A stretch of DNA of 64,000 nucleotides, taken from contig OZ244852.1 in NCBI GenBank assembly GCA_965220965.1, positions 544,001-608,000 on the forward strand, in the 5' to 3' direction. Every line of letters starts with the position of its first letter. Within the stretch, counting starts at the first letter, position 1. Positions 1-9,833 of this stretch are shown in pieces. Source of the stretch: Candidatus Marinacidobacterium sp. (GTDB lineage: Bacteria; Acidobacteriota; Vicinamibacteria; Marinacidobacterales; Marinacidobacteraceae). The notes beneath the pieces were generated by a model. The model was not told where the DNA came from and made no database searches. It was given only the letters and a program-made list of their open reading frames with translations. Made by a program: the position numbers and the translations under genes.

Positions 1-198
1 CGGCTGGAAGAGCCGGAGAACCGGTTCGCGTGGCAGCGCTTCGAGGCGCTGGTGGGTTTCGACATCGCCGGCCACTACGAGATCTGGGCGCGGGCCACGG
101 ACGCCCTTGGCCGCTCCCAGCCGATGGTCACCCCCGGGTGGAATCCCCGTGGGTATCTCAACAACGCCATGCACCGCATCGCGGTGACGGCCGTCTGA
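1..198 (+). CDS. Sulfite oxidase/SorA-SorT family molybdoenzyme, C-terminal fragment (5' end outside window)
   Basis: Frame 1 reads ...NRFAWQRF...GHYEIWARATDALGRSQPMVTPGWNPRGYLNNAMHRIAV*, typical of the Mo-co dimerisation domain. Followed 6 bp later by a cytochrome c gene. Confidence 0.85.
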   Translation, partial: RLEEPENRFAWQRFEALVGFDIAGHYEIWARATDALGRSQPMVTPGWNPRGYLNNAMHRIAVTAV

Positions 199-204
199 CA
201 AGAG

Positions 205-600
205 ATGAACAAGACAGGACTCCTTCTCCCCCTCGCTCTCGTGTTCGCCGCGGCGGCCGCCGCCCAGCCGGCGAGCGACAACCTCAAGGACGGCGAGAAC
301 GTCGAGATCGTCCGGAACAACTGCCTCGCCTGCCACGACGACAGCTACATCACGTCGGCGCGGTTCCCCCGGAGCGAGTGGGACGAACTGCTCGACGTCA
401 TGGTCGGCATGGGGATGGAGCCGCTCGACGACGAGACCCGGAACAAGGTGCTCGATTACCTGGAGTCGGTTCAGGGGGCTGACAGCGGCGATGGGGACGG
501 CCCGGGGGGTGGCGACGGGTCCGGCGTCGCGCCCGACTGGCCGTGGGCCGAACCGCTCTATCCGGCGAACCCGGTGTCCTGGGGCCGGGGCCCCGAATAG
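205..600 (+). CDS. Periplasmic monoheme cytochrome c, SorB/SorU-like partner of sulfite dehydrogenase
   Basis: Signal peptide, CLACH heme motif, W...M...GM segment, adjacent to the Mo-enzyme gene. Confidence 0.8.
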   Translation: MNKTGLLLPLALVFAAAAAAQPASDNLKDGENVEIVRNNCLACHDDSYITSARFPRSEWDELLDVMVGMGMEPLDDETRNKVLDYLESVQGADSGDGDGPGGGDGSGVAPDWPWAEPLYPANPVSWGRGPE

Positions 601-609
601 CGGCGACTG

Positions 610-1419
610 CTAAGCCGCCCGGCGGCGCGCGTTCCGGACGGTCTGGTAGGCCTTCTGGATGTCCTGGGTCCGGCGGGTGGCCTCGTCTTTCATTTCTTCC
701 GGGAGTCCCTGCGCTGCGAGCCGGTCCGGGTGGTGCTGCCGCATGAGGCGCCGATAGACCGAGCGGATCTCCTCGTCCGACGCGGTGCGGGACACGCCCA
801 GCGCCTCGTACGCCGCCGCGAGCGCTTCATCCGGCGAACGCCGGCGCGGCTGGAACCCGGCCGCCGCGATGCGCTCCATCTGCGCCATCTCCTGGCGCGA
901 GAAGCCGAGGAACACGCCGATCCGGTCGAGGATCCGCCGCTCCGCGGGGTGGATCGAACCGTCAGCCCACGCCGCCTTCCACTGGATCTCCACGAAGCTG
1001 CGCAGCAGGTTCCGTCGCCGTCCGGCGACCTGCGCCAACTGCGCGAGCGCGGGCTCGAGCTGGAACCCGGCCGACTTGCCCTCGTTGAACAGCCGGACCG
1101 CCAGATTCCGCTCGCGCGGCCCCAGGCCCAGCCCCTCCATGACCGCCCGGGCGAGCTGCGCTTCGTCTTCGGTGACGCGCCCATCCGCTTTGGCGATGTG
1201 CCCCATGACCCCGAAGGTGGCCACGAAGAAGGCCACCCGCCGTTCCTCGGTGGGGTCCGCCGAGGGCGGTCGGGGGCGACCGGTCCGGCGGCCCGCGTCC
1301 GGATCGAAGCTCGCTCGCGCCCCCAGGTTCGATCCGATCGCGGCGCCCAGCATCCCCCCGAGCGGCCCCCCGAGGCTGAATCCGAGCGCCCCCCCGATGA
1401 TGGCTCCCCAGATTCCCAC
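610..1419 (-). CDS. djlA: Co-chaperone DjlA (TerB-like domain + C-terminal J domain)
   Basis: Gly-rich N-terminal membrane anchor GAIIGGALGF, GHIAKADGRV motif, C-terminal J domain with HHPD. Confidence 0.9.
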   Translation of the reverse strand: MGIWGAIIGGALGFSLGGPLGGMLGAAIGSNLGARASFDPDAGRRTGRPRPPSADPTEERRVAFFVATFGVMGHIAKADGRVTEDEAQLARAVMEGLGLGPRERNLAVRLFNEGKSAGFQLEPALAQLAQVAGRRRNLLRSFVEIQWKAAWADGSIHPAERRILDRIGVFLGFSRQEMAQMERIAAAGFQPRRRSPDEALAAAYEALGVSRTASDEEIRSVYRRLMRQHHPDRLAAQGLPEEMKDEATRRTQDIQKAYQTVRNARRRAA

Positions 1420-1478
1420 GGCGCGCGTCGAATTCTACGTACCAGGTCCCGCCGGTCCCGCGTCGCCCAGTCCCTGGA

Positions 1479-1886
1479 TCAGGAGCGCTGGCGGCGGTGG
1501 CTGACGGCCACCCGTCGGCGCAGCGAGCGCCTTCCGCTCTCCGCGCGGGCCGCGACCGGGGCGAAGCGGAAACCGCCCCGCCGCTTCGGTATGCGGCTGT
1601 CGAACTCCTCCCGCGTCACGCCGGGGATCCGCACCACCTTCCACGGCATCCGGCGCCCGGACAGGATTTCGATCGCCTCGCGGCGGGCGCCGCAGAGCCG
1701 CGCCAGCAGCGCGCAGAGGCGCGCGTTGGCGAGTCCCGGGTCGGGGCCCGACCGGACCCAGGCCCGGTAGGTCCCGTCCTGGTAGAGCGCAATCCGTTCG
1801 ATGGGGCTCTCCGGGCTCACCCGGATGCGCACGACGACGCCCCGGAGGTCCTCCGTCCTGCGGGTCGGAGCGCCGCGCAGCGTCAA
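1479..1886 (-). CDS. DUF167/YggU-like protein
   Basis: VRIRVSP...ANARLCALLARLCG...IEILSG...KVVRI pattern; 4-bp overlap with the upstream peptidase stop. Confidence 0.65.
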   Translation of the reverse strand: MTLRGAPTRRTEDLRGVVVRIRVSPESPIERIALYQDGTYRAWVRSGPDPGLANARLCALLARLCGARREAIEILSGRRMPWKVVRIPGVTREEFDSRIPKRRGGFRFAPVAARAESGRRSLRRRVAVSHRRQRS

Positions 1887-4800
1887 GACCCGCCATCCTC
1901 CTCCGACTCTTCCTCCGGCGGTTCGGGGGGACGGGGACGGTCCAGCCGGATCGAGATGCCGCCGAAGAACTCACGAACGGTGCGGTTCACCTGGTGGTCC
2001 CCGTCCAGCAGGTACTGCAGGATGGCGCGGTCCCACGCCAGCCCCGCCGAGGCGACCAGCTTCATCCAGTCGCCGCGGGCCGGTTCGTCGGGGGCTTCGG
2101 TGCCTCCCGACCAGATCGTGATCTTCGGGTCGTAGGAGAAGCCCCGGCCGGAACCCGAAGCCCGCCGCCCCTTGATCGGCATCTGGATGTTGACGCCGTT
2201 GTGGAGATTCATGCGGAACACGTCGGGGTCGAACTGCATGCCGTAGCGCCGGTAGCGGTCGTAGTTCCTCTCGTTCATCGCCGCCACCGGGCCGGTCCCC
2301 TGGATCGCGTCGGTGATGTAGCGGCGTATCCGGAGCGCCTCCTCCTTGTGGCGGGGCAGCTCGGGATCGTCCACCACGTCGAAGCCCGGCATGAACCAGC
2401 CCTTGTTGAGGCCCCAGTTCCTTTCGGTCCGCCGTCCGGCGCGCACCAGGCCGCTGAACTCGCTGAACAACTGGACGAGCTGGTGCGCCGGGTAGCCGTG
2501 AGGATTCAGCACGATGTCGGGCAGCCACATCCGCCACAGCCGCGGCCGCACTTCGGCCTCCGGGTAGATGGGCATCGAGTCCCCCGCGTCGGAGGTCGAA
2601 TCCATGCCCAGCGAGGCCCAGTATCCGGCGTGCAGGATGTGCTCCGGGTTGTACTGGTGCATGTCCCAGGCGAGCTGCGCCCCATCGGGGTTCTGGACGG
2701 GGTGGATCACCACCTGGACCCGGTCGAGCGCCTCCTTCTCCTCGGGATCGGTGAGGAGCATTTCGGCCAGGCGGAGCACGTGCGAGGTGGACGAGACTTC
2801 GTTGGCGTGCTGGCGGGCGGTGTAGATGATCGTCGGCTTCAGGAGGCTCGCCTTCCTGCGGGACATGTGGCTCGCCACGATCTCCGGCATCAGGTCCATC
2901 GCCCAGATGGGCCGCCCCAGATAGCTCTCGCCGATCCGATAGACGGTCGCCTCCGGAAACTCCGCCATCCGGGCCAGGATGCCGTTGGCCTCGGGCGGTG
3001 AGATCGGCGTGTCCCACTGCACGAGCTGGTCCGCGTTCCCGGTCTCCCCGCGGAACGCGGTGATGTCGGGGAACGGAGGGGGCTCCCCGTTGGCCGGAAG
3101 GCTCACCGTCCGTTCGCTGTCCGCCTCCTCCTCCCAGGTCCATCCGGCCGCAAGGTCGAGTTCTCCGAGCCCCGCGAAGGCGAGTTCGCTCCGGTAAAGG
3201 CCCGCCTCGCGCAGGTCTCCCAGGATCTCCAACGTCCGCGTCGCCTGCCGCGCCGAGAGAATCCGCTCATCCGTCGGGTCCTCTCCGTAGCGCTCGACAT
3301 ACCAGGGGCGCTCGTCGGCGTCAGTGTCCACCTTGACCCGGAGCTCGAGTCGCTCCACCCCTGACTCTCCGCTCCGCGCGGTCAGGGCGCGCGCCCGGGG
3401 CCGGTCCACCTCGACCTGGGACAGGTTGCGCCGGATCTCGCCGGTCGCTCCGTCGCTCGTCGCGTACTCCACGACGACCGCCGGGCGGCTCGTCCGGAAG
3501 CCGGTGAACCGGATCCGGGCTGTCCCGGGAGAGCCGTCCATCTTCCCCCGCATCTCGGGAATGACCCGGCCCGGGTAGGTCAGCTCGGTCCCCATCGCGT
3601 TGCGTCCGATGAGGCGCAGGAAGGTGTGCGTCACGAAGTAGATGTCCTCGTGAAGCGCGTCGTGCGTCGACTCGATCTCCTGCTCGACTCCGAGCAGGCG
3701 CTCGGGTTCGGACAGCGACAGAACCACGTGGAGTTCGCCGAAGTAGGGGGCGTCCGCCGGCCCCCGGGGCTTGCCCTCGTGGAGCTCCATCACGTAGTCG
3801 TAGACCCGCGCCAGCGTGTCGGACTGGTAGTGGTCCCAGAAGGACTCGGCGTCGGTGGCGATCCTCTCGTCGAGCACCGTTCGCCCCTCCACTTCGGCGG
3901 TGATCCCTCCGGTGGGCGCCTGGATCCACTCGTAGTCGGGGTAACGGTCCAGGAACGGCCGCCTCGCCATGCGCGGTTCGAAGACCTCGTTCAGCAGGAC
4001 CTCGCCGCCGGCGCCCTCGGCCACGATCTGGTAGCCGGGCGCGTCTTCCTCCTCGCGCATCTCGTAACCGATATCGCCCAGATCCATCGAGAGCGCTTCG
4101 GCGAGGATCTCGTCCGCCGGGAACATCGCGTGCTGGAGGCGCAGCGGGGTGTGCATGGCCTGCTGCGGCCAGTTTTCGGGCGGTCGGTGGCGGCGGAACA
4201 GCATGCGGACCCGCTCGGGCGCCGAGCCGGACTCCCTGAGCTCCAGGAGCCGGGGCAGGACGACCTCCTCCACCCAGCTGTAGCCCTGCCGGTAGGCGGA
4301 CAGGATCCGGACCTCGGGGGACGGCGCGCCGCGCGCGATGAGCTGCTCCCGCAGGTCCTCGGCGAGCGCGGCGCGGATTTCCGCTGGCTCGCTCAGCAGC
4401 GCCTCGACCTCGACGCGATCTCCGCGCCCGACCGCGGGAAGCAGGCGCGCGCTCACGATCTCCCGGAAGGCCTCCACTTCGGAGGGGACGGCGAACTCTT
4501 CCTCATGGAGCACCGCGGCGTTCTCCACGTTCCGGTCATCCAGTTCTACTTCTGTCTCCCCGAGCCCCAGCGTCCGCGCGTGGTTGGCCAGGAAGCCATC
4601 GAGGCCCGGCGCCGGGTCCTTGACCGAAACCAGAATCCGCGAGCTCTCGATTCCGAGGTGGCCGATTTCGGCGGCGATCCCTTCGAGCCGGTAGGCGGCG
4701 GCCGCCGCCTGCGCCGCCGGCGTGCGGATCCTCAGGAAGCGCCACATGGCGTCCTCGACCGCGATGACGGTCGGATGGTCCTTGTTCCGGGCGCCGGCGT

Positions 4801-6055
4801 CGAGGTGGGGAAGCGCGAGCGCCGCCTGCTCGAGGGCGCGGACCAGTCCGTCCCGGTCGCCCCCGGTGATCACGAAGGCGGCCTTGTCGCCGAAGGCCTC
4901 GGGAACGACTCCCACATGGCCCTCGGCGGACGCCAGTTCGGGCAGCTTTCCCCGGGTCCGGAGGTCTTCCAGCAGCGGGTTGGCCCCGGGGGTTCCCGTC
5001 AGGATGAGCGTCGGGGCGCGCTCCGGCTCGGTGACCGCCGCGGCATCCACCGCAACCGGAAAATCGAGCCCGGCCGACTCCAGCCCCAGACGGGCGGCGA
5101 ACGCCAGGACCGCCTGCGGGGCTTCGTCGGTCACCACCAGCCGCGCGTCCAGCCGGTCCGGAATGCGGTCGCCGTTGGCGTCGCCGAGCAGGCCGTCGGG
5201 CTCGAAGAGAGCCCCGAGCCCGATGCCGTCCTTGCCGCCCAACCCCGGGCGCCCGGAGACGGGCCCCGCCTCCGGGGCGGGGGGATCGTGGTTCACGGTG
5301 GCCTCTTCGACGCCTCCGGGATGGGTCGCCCGGATCACCAGCGCGGCGAGACTGTCGAACCGCAGCTCGTCCGGGCCGGACTCCGCGGCCGAACGAATCC
5401 GGGACGCGGCGGACGCGTCCTCGGTCGCGACCCGGACTTCGGCGGCCGCCAGATGATCGGCGCCGGCTTCGACCTCCACCCGGACGGTGCGCGCCGAACC
5501 GCCTGCGCCTCCCGCATCCAACACAGCGGTCTCGACCTCCGTCAGCGTGGCGCCGTCGGCCCGGAACAACCGGGGGGATCGCGACGCGAGCCACTGCGCC
5601 GCGGCGGCAAGACCCGCCTCGTCGCCCCCCAGGACGGCGATGACCGGATCGTCCTCGCTCCCGACGACTTCCACGACTCCCCGACCGGGTTCGGGAAACG
5701 AATCCCGGGTCACGCCCAGCGCGGCGAGGGCGTCCCTCCCCACCGCGATCGCGAGGCCGGTCTCGCCGCCGAGAGGAAGATCGAGCGCGAGAGTCTCAAG
5801 TCCCAGACGGGCCGCGATGTCGGCCGCCGCCGCCACCTCGGCCGCGGAGGGGTCCGCGCCGAGCGCGATCCGGGCGCGCAGCCGATCGGCGACTCCGTCG
5901 CCATTCGTGTCTTCCAGCGCGGCGTCAGGTCCGACCCGGTAGAGGGCTGAAAGGGACACGCGGCCCGCCTGGCCGGCGGCCGGAGTCGCCGCGCAGACGA
6001 GCGAGAGCCCGACCATCGCCAGGCCCGGGCGTCGGAACAGGGGGACGGTGCGCAT
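1883..6055 (-). CDS. Large secreted M14 family zinc carboxypeptidase
   Basis: Signal peptide; C-terminal ARQHANE (HxxE), NPDG and LNPHG zinc-carboxypeptidase motifs. Confidence 0.85.
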   Translation of the reverse strand: MRTVPLFRRPGLAMVGLSLVCAATPAAGQAGRVSLSALYRVGPDAALEDTNGDGVADRLRARIALGADPSAAEVAAAADIAARLGLETLALDLPLGGETGLAIAVGRDALAALGVTRDSFPEPGRGVVEVVGSEDDPVIAVLGGDEAGLAAAAQWLASRSPRLFRADGATLTEVETAVLDAGGAGGSARTVRVEVEAGADHLAAAEVRVATEDASAASRIRSAAESGPDELRFDSLAALVIRATHPGGVEEATVNHDPPAPEAGPVSGRPGLGGKDGIGLGALFEPDGLLGDANGDRIPDRLDARLVVTDEAPQAVLAFAARLGLESAGLDFPVAVDAAAVTEPERAPTLILTGTPGANPLLEDLRTRGKLPELASAEGHVGVVPEAFGDKAAFVITGGDRDGLVRALEQAALALPHLDAGARNKDHPTVIAVEDAMWRFLRIRTPAAQAAAAAYRLEGIAAEIGHLGIESSRILVSVKDPAPGLDGFLANHARTLGLGETEVELDDRNVENAAVLHEEEFAVPSEVEAFREIVSARLLPAVGRGDRVEVEALLSEPAEIRAALAEDLREQLIARGAPSPEVRILSAYRQGYSWVEEVVLPRLLELRESGSAPERVRMLFRRHRPPENWPQQAMHTPLRLQHAMFPADEILAEALSMDLGDIGYEMREEEDAPGYQIVAEGAGGEVLLNEVFEPRMARRPFLDRYPDYEWIQAPTGGITAEVEGRTVLDERIATDAESFWDHYQSDTLARVYDYVMELHEGKPRGPADAPYFGELHVVLSLSEPERLLGVEQEIESTHDALHEDIYFVTHTFLRLIGRNAMGTELTYPGRVIPEMRGKMDGSPGTARIRFTGFRTSRPAVVVEYATSDGATGEIRRNLSQVEVDRPRARALTARSGESGVERLELRVKVDTDADERPWYVERYGEDPTDERILSARQATRTLEILGDLREAGLYRSELAFAGLGELDLAAGWTWEEEADSERTVSLPANGEPPPFPDITAFRGETGNADQLVQWDTPISPPEANGILARMAEFPEATVYRIGESYLGRPIWAMDLMPEIVASHMSRRKASLLKPTIIYTARQHANEVSSTSHVLRLAEMLLTDPEEKEALDRVQVVIHPVQNPDGAQLAWDMHQYNPEHILHAGYWASLGMDSTSDAGDSMPIYPEAEVRPRLWRMWLPDIVLNPHGYPAHQLVQLFSEFSGLVRAGRRTERNWGLNKGWFMPGFDVVDDPELPRHKEEALRIRRYITDAIQGTGPVAAMNERNYDRYRRYGMQFDPDVFRMNLHNGVNIQMPIKGRRASGSGRGFSYDPKITIWSGGTEAPDEPARGDWMKLVASAGLAWDRAILQYLLDGDHQVNRTVREFFGGISIRLDRPRPPEPPEEESEEDGGS

Positions 6056-6142
6056 ACTTGTGCCCTACCTCTCCGCTTCGGGGAGCGGAGAGGCGATTGT
6101 AGGGGGTGAGGCGGGCCGCGCTCTCCCGCTATGCTCGGTCCG

Positions 6143-7303
6143 GTGCGGGGCGGGAAACGGGTTCTCGGGGTCCGGGGGCTCGCGGCGGCGGCCCTGCTGG
6201 CGGGTTCCGCCTGCGCCGGAGAGGTGTGGCCCGGACCGGAGGCGACCCGCGAGGCGCTGGACCGGCTCCACGCCCAGGTCCGGAGCCGGGTGCTGGCCGG
6301 GAACCTGGCGCGCGCTGACGGGTTCGCCTACGCGGTCGACATCGGGGAGCTGATGCGGGTGGCCGCCCGGCTGCGGGACGAGGAGCTCTACGACGCGCTT
6401 CGGGCGTTCGCCCTGCGTCGACTCATCGTGGACGACCCGGACGATCCGTTCACCCGGGGTTTCGTGGTGTGGCGGCGGACCCCCGAAGCCGCGGGCGGGA
6501 GCGACGATCCGGACGCCTCGGGGACCACCGAGGCGCTCCGCGTTTCCCAGGGGCTGTGGGAAGGGGCGGCGGCGTTCGGAAGACCCGAGGACCGCGACCT
6601 CGCGCTCACCGTCCTGGACGGGTACGCCCGGCACGCCGCCGAGCGGAGCGGCCTCCTGCTCATCCGGAACTACTTCAATTTCGGCAGCCGCGACTTCGCC
6701 ACGAACTCGTTCCTGGTGGACTACGCCCCCGACTACGTGGCCGAAGTGGCCCGCGCCGAAGGGCGCGCGGATCTGGCGGAACTCGCGGCGGGCAGCTACG
6801 AGCTGCTGCGGGAGGCCGAAACGCCCGTCGGACTGCTCTACGACGTCTTCCAGCCGGAGATGGCGACCCTCTACGACGACGAACGGACGCTGATCCACTC
6901 GCCCCGCGACATCGTCCAGACCTCGAACGCGGCGGCGATCGCGGCCACCGCGCTCGAAGGGGCGCCCGAAGTGGCGGAGCGAGTGCTCCGGTTCTGTCGG
7001 GAGCGGATGCCCGGGCTGCGTCTCGCCTACTACGGCAGGACGGGGGAGGAAGCGCGGGAGAAACGGCCCGGAGTCGAGATCTGGGGCTCGCTGACCGAGA
7101 TGAGCGTCCGGCGCTCCGACGAGGCCGCGCTGCGCGACTTCGCCCCCTTTCTGGTCACGAACGCCGGCGTGGACCGGATCCCCGAGGACGCCTTCCTCTA
7201 CGTGGCGGCGCACCTGCTGTTCGGACTCGAGGCCCTCGACCGCCACTTCGGGACGCCCCGCGAGGGCGGTGTGACCCGAACGGCCCCGGCGCCTTCCGGC
7301 TGA
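6143..7303 (+). CDS. Secreted/lipoprotein hypothetical, possible (alpha/alpha) toroid glycoside hydrolase-like (GH8-like)
   Basis: Signal-like N-terminus ending AGSAC, helical composition, DASGTTEALR segment. GTG 6143 lies 7 nt after a TATGCT -10; ATG 6131 is the alternative start. Stop overlaps the next ATG (TGATG). Confidence 0.55.
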   Translation: MRGGKRVLGVRGLAAAALLAGSACAGEVWPGPEATREALDRLHAQVRSRVLAGNLARADGFAYAVDIGELMRVAARLRDEELYDALRAFALRRLIVDDPDDPFTRGFVVWRRTPEAAGGSDDPDASGTTEALRVSQGLWEGAAAFGRPEDRDLALTVLDGYARHAAERSGLLLIRNYFNFGSRDFATNSFLVDYAPDYVAEVARAEGRADLAELAAGSYELLREAETPVGLLYDVFQPEMATLYDDERTLIHSPRDIVQTSNAAAIAATALEGAPEVAERVLRFCRERMPGLRLAYYGRTGEEAREKRPGVEIWGSLTEMSVRRSDEAALRDFAPFLVTNAGVDRIPEDAFLYVAAHLLFGLEALDRHFGTPREGGVTRTAPAPSG

Positions 7304-8919
7304 TGGCCGCCGCCGGACTCGCAGGGATCGTGAAGGAGAGGCCGGCGTCGAAGGTGCTCGTTCCGATCGGCGCGCTCCTGGCCCTGAACCTCCTTCTGGG
7401 CCTCGAGGCCTCGCACACTGCGCCCTGGGTCGTTCCGAGCGCGGCCGTTTCGCCCGACCTGCTGGTGCTCGCGCTGGCGGGCGGTCTCCTGGCGGGGAGA
7501 CCGATCCGGTGGCCGGGCCGCGTCCGCGCGGGCCGCTATCTGCTCGCGGCGATCCTCTTCCTGGCGGCGGCGCTGCGCATCGCCGAGCGCGTCGCGCTCC
7601 AGTTGCTCGGCCGGCCGCTCGACCCGGCGGGGGATCTGCCCCACGTGGGCAACGTCGCCGGGATGCTCGCCACCGCGGCGTCCGATATCCGCGTCGCCAT
7701 CGCCTTCGTGGGCGCCGGAATCGCGGTGGCCGGGGCCGCGGCGCTGGTCTTCGCCGGGCTGGGGAGCCTCGACGGGCTCCGGCGACGGATGCGTCCGGCC
7801 CCGGGCCGCGCGATCGCCGCGGTGGCGGCGCTCCTGCTCCTGGTCCCCGCGGTTCATCCTCCCGGCGGGTCCGCCACCTGGCTGCTGGCCCGGACCGCGT
7901 CCGCCTCGCTCCGGCCGGCGGTGGAGTTGAGCGAGCCCCCCCTTCCGCCCGCGCCCGATCTCGGCGGCGCCGACCTGCTCGTGGTGTTCGTCGAGTCGTA
8001 TGGCGTGGCGGCCTTCGACGACCCCGAGCGGAGGAAGCGGCTGGCGGCGGCCGCCGAGACCCTCGCCATCGACGCCGAGGCCGGCGGGTTCGACTTCCGT
8101 TCGGCGCAGATCCAGAGCCCGACCTTCGGCGGCGGCTCCTGGAAGGCGCACGCCGCGCTGTTGTCCGGAGTCTGGGTGGACGACGAGGAGCGGTACCGGG
8201 CGCTCGTCCGGTCGGACCGGCGGAGTCTGGTCCGGCGCCTCGCCGCGGCCGGGTACCGCACCGTCGCTTTCGAACCCGGGATCCAGGGGCCCTGGCCCGA
8301 AGGGGCGTGGTACGGCTTCGACCGGGTCTACGACGCCGCCGCCATCGGCTATGACGGACCGCGCATCGGCTGGTGGCGGGTTCCGGACCAGTTCACCCTC
8401 TACGCCCTCCACAATCAGGAGCTTGCTGACGCCGCCCAGCCGGTCTTCGCCAAGGTGTCTCTCATCATGAGCCACATTCCGTACTGGCCGGTGCCCGTCT
8501 ATGTCACGCCCTGGAGCCGCTTTGACGACCACACCGCGTACGACGGGCCGCTGCGCTCGGTGGCGCACGACGACGCCCGCGACCAGGCCGAGCTCTCGGA
8601 GCGCTACGTCCAGAGTCTCGAACACCAGTACCGGATCCTCGGCGGGTTCCTTCGGGAGTTCGTTCCCCGCCGGGCGCTCGTGGTCGTGATCGGGGATCAC
8701 CAGCCTCCCCGACTGAGTCTGCACGACTCCGACACCTGGGCGACTCCCATCCACCTCTTCTCCCAGGACGCGACCCTCCTCGAGCCCTTCGGGCGGCTCG
8801 GCTTCTCCCGGACGCTCTTCCCGGAGATCGGGACGTCGTGGCGCATGAGCGACTTCCCTCGCGATCTGGCCCGGCTGTTCCCGCCCGCCGAAGCGCTGGT
8901 TTCCGCCGAAGCCCCGTGA
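7303..8919 (+). CDS. Membrane-anchored sulfatase-like / LtaS-like alkaline phosphatase superfamily transferase
   Basis: About 5 N-terminal TM segments, then VFVESYG, SPTFGGGSW, SHIPY and GDHQP metal-site motifs. ATG at 7303 is coupled to the upstream stop. Confidence 0.8.
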   Translation: MAAAGLAGIVKERPASKVLVPIGALLALNLLLGLEASHTAPWVVPSAAVSPDLLVLALAGGLLAGRPIRWPGRVRAGRYLLAAILFLAAALRIAERVALQLLGRPLDPAGDLPHVGNVAGMLATAASDIRVAIAFVGAGIAVAGAAALVFAGLGSLDGLRRRMRPAPGRAIAAVAALLLLVPAVHPPGGSATWLLARTASASLRPAVELSEPPLPPAPDLGGADLLVVFVESYGVAAFDDPERRKRLAAAAETLAIDAEAGGFDFRSAQIQSPTFGGGSWKAHAALLSGVWVDDEERYRALVRSDRRSLVRRLAAAGYRTVAFEPGIQGPWPEGAWYGFDRVYDAAAIGYDGPRIGWWRVPDQFTLYALHNQELADAAQPVFAKVSLIMSHIPYWPVPVYVTPWSRFDDHTAYDGPLRSVAHDDARDQAELSERYVQSLEHQYRILGGFLREFVPRRALVVVIGDHQPPRLSLHDSDTWATPIHLFSQDATLLEPFGRLGFSRTLFPEIGTSWRMSDFPRDLARLFPPAEALVSAEAP

Positions 8920-9833
8920 CGGCGCTCCTTTCGTGGGCGGCGTTCAGCGGAGCGCTGGCCTTCGTCGGGGGCGTCGCGCTTCTGGGACTGCCGCTCGGCG
9001 GGGGCCTTCTGGGGTTGATCGGCGTGTTCCCGGTTCCGGTCCGGGCCGCGGCCGGGTCGGACCCGGCCGTCCGCGCTGTCCCGAAGCCGCTCGGCGTCCC
9101 GAACCGCCTGACCGTCGTCCGTCTGGCGCTGGTCGCGTCGCTCGCCGGACACGCGCTGTGGGCGGTGGTCTCCGGGGACTCCGGTCTCGCCGCGGCCGGG
9201 TGGGCGCCTTGCCTCGCCTACGCGGCGGCGGCGCTCGGGGACGGGCTCGACGGGCGCCTCGCCCGGCGCTCGGGCGCCGTCTCGGGCTTCGGCGCCCGGC
9301 TCGACGCCGAGACGGATGCGCTCGGGATCGCCGCCGCCAGCACGACGGCGGTCCTCGTGCTCGGCGTCCTCCCTGCGTGGTGCCTGGTCGCGGGCTTCGC
9401 CCGCTACCTGCTCGGGATCGGCCTGTTGTTCGAGCGCCGTCTGGGGCGTCCGCCGGGCCCCCTGCCGCCGAGCCCGTTCCGGCGGCGCCTCGCCGGATTC
9501 CAGATGGGGCTCCTCGCCGTCTGCCTCGCTCCGGGAATTCGCCCCGAGTGGGCCGCGCCCTCGGCGGTGGCGCTCGGCGGCCCCTTCCTGCTCGGGTTTC
9601 TGCGGGACTACCTGGCGGTGACCGGCCGGCTCGATCCCGCGGGCCGCGCCTCACGGGCGCTCCTTTCGTTTCTGAAGCGCGCTCGCCGTCCCGCGGCGTT
9701 GACGGCCGCCGTCGCCGCGGCGCTGCTCGGGGCTCTGCGACTGACCGGAGCTCCGACCGGGGCCTGGGCGCTCGCGGCGTTCTTTTTCGCCTGGCTTCTC
9801 GGACCGGAGCAGTCTCCGTCAGCCGACGACTGA
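8916..9833 (+). CDS. CDP-alcohol phosphatidyltransferase family protein
   Basis: PNRLTVVR and DGLDGRLARRSGAVSGFGARLDAETD signature (DxxDGxxAR...G...DxxxD); GTGA overlap with the upstream stop. Confidence 0.88.
   Translation: MTALLSWAAFSGALAFVGGVALLGLPLGGGLLGLIGVFPVPVRAAAGSDPAVRAVPKPLGVPNRLTVVRLALVASLAGHALWAVVSGDSGLAAAGWAPCLAYAAAALGDGLDGRLARRSGAVSGFGARLDAETDALGIAAASTTAVLVLGVLPAWCLVAGFARYLLGIGLLFERRLGRPPGPLPPSPFRRRLAGFQMGLLAVCLAPGIRPEWAAPSAVALGGPFLLGFLRDYLAVTGRLDPAGRASRALLSFLKRARRPAALTAAVAAALLGALRLTGAPTGAWALAAFFFAWLLGPEQSPSADD

Noticed and set aside
3626-5950. 774-aa plus-strand ORF, and similar long antisense ORFs at 38002-40254, 41621-43645, 45899-48214 and 60461-63010
   Set aside because: Each mirrors a well-supported gene on the opposite strand, typical of high-GC genomes.
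6469-7302. N-terminal extension of the 816-aa ORF, and similar extensions on the tpiA, pgk, panE, ispH, icd and higA ORFs
   Set aside because: Arg/Gly/Pro-rich off-frame translation overlapping real upstream genes or UTRs; better starts exist downstream.
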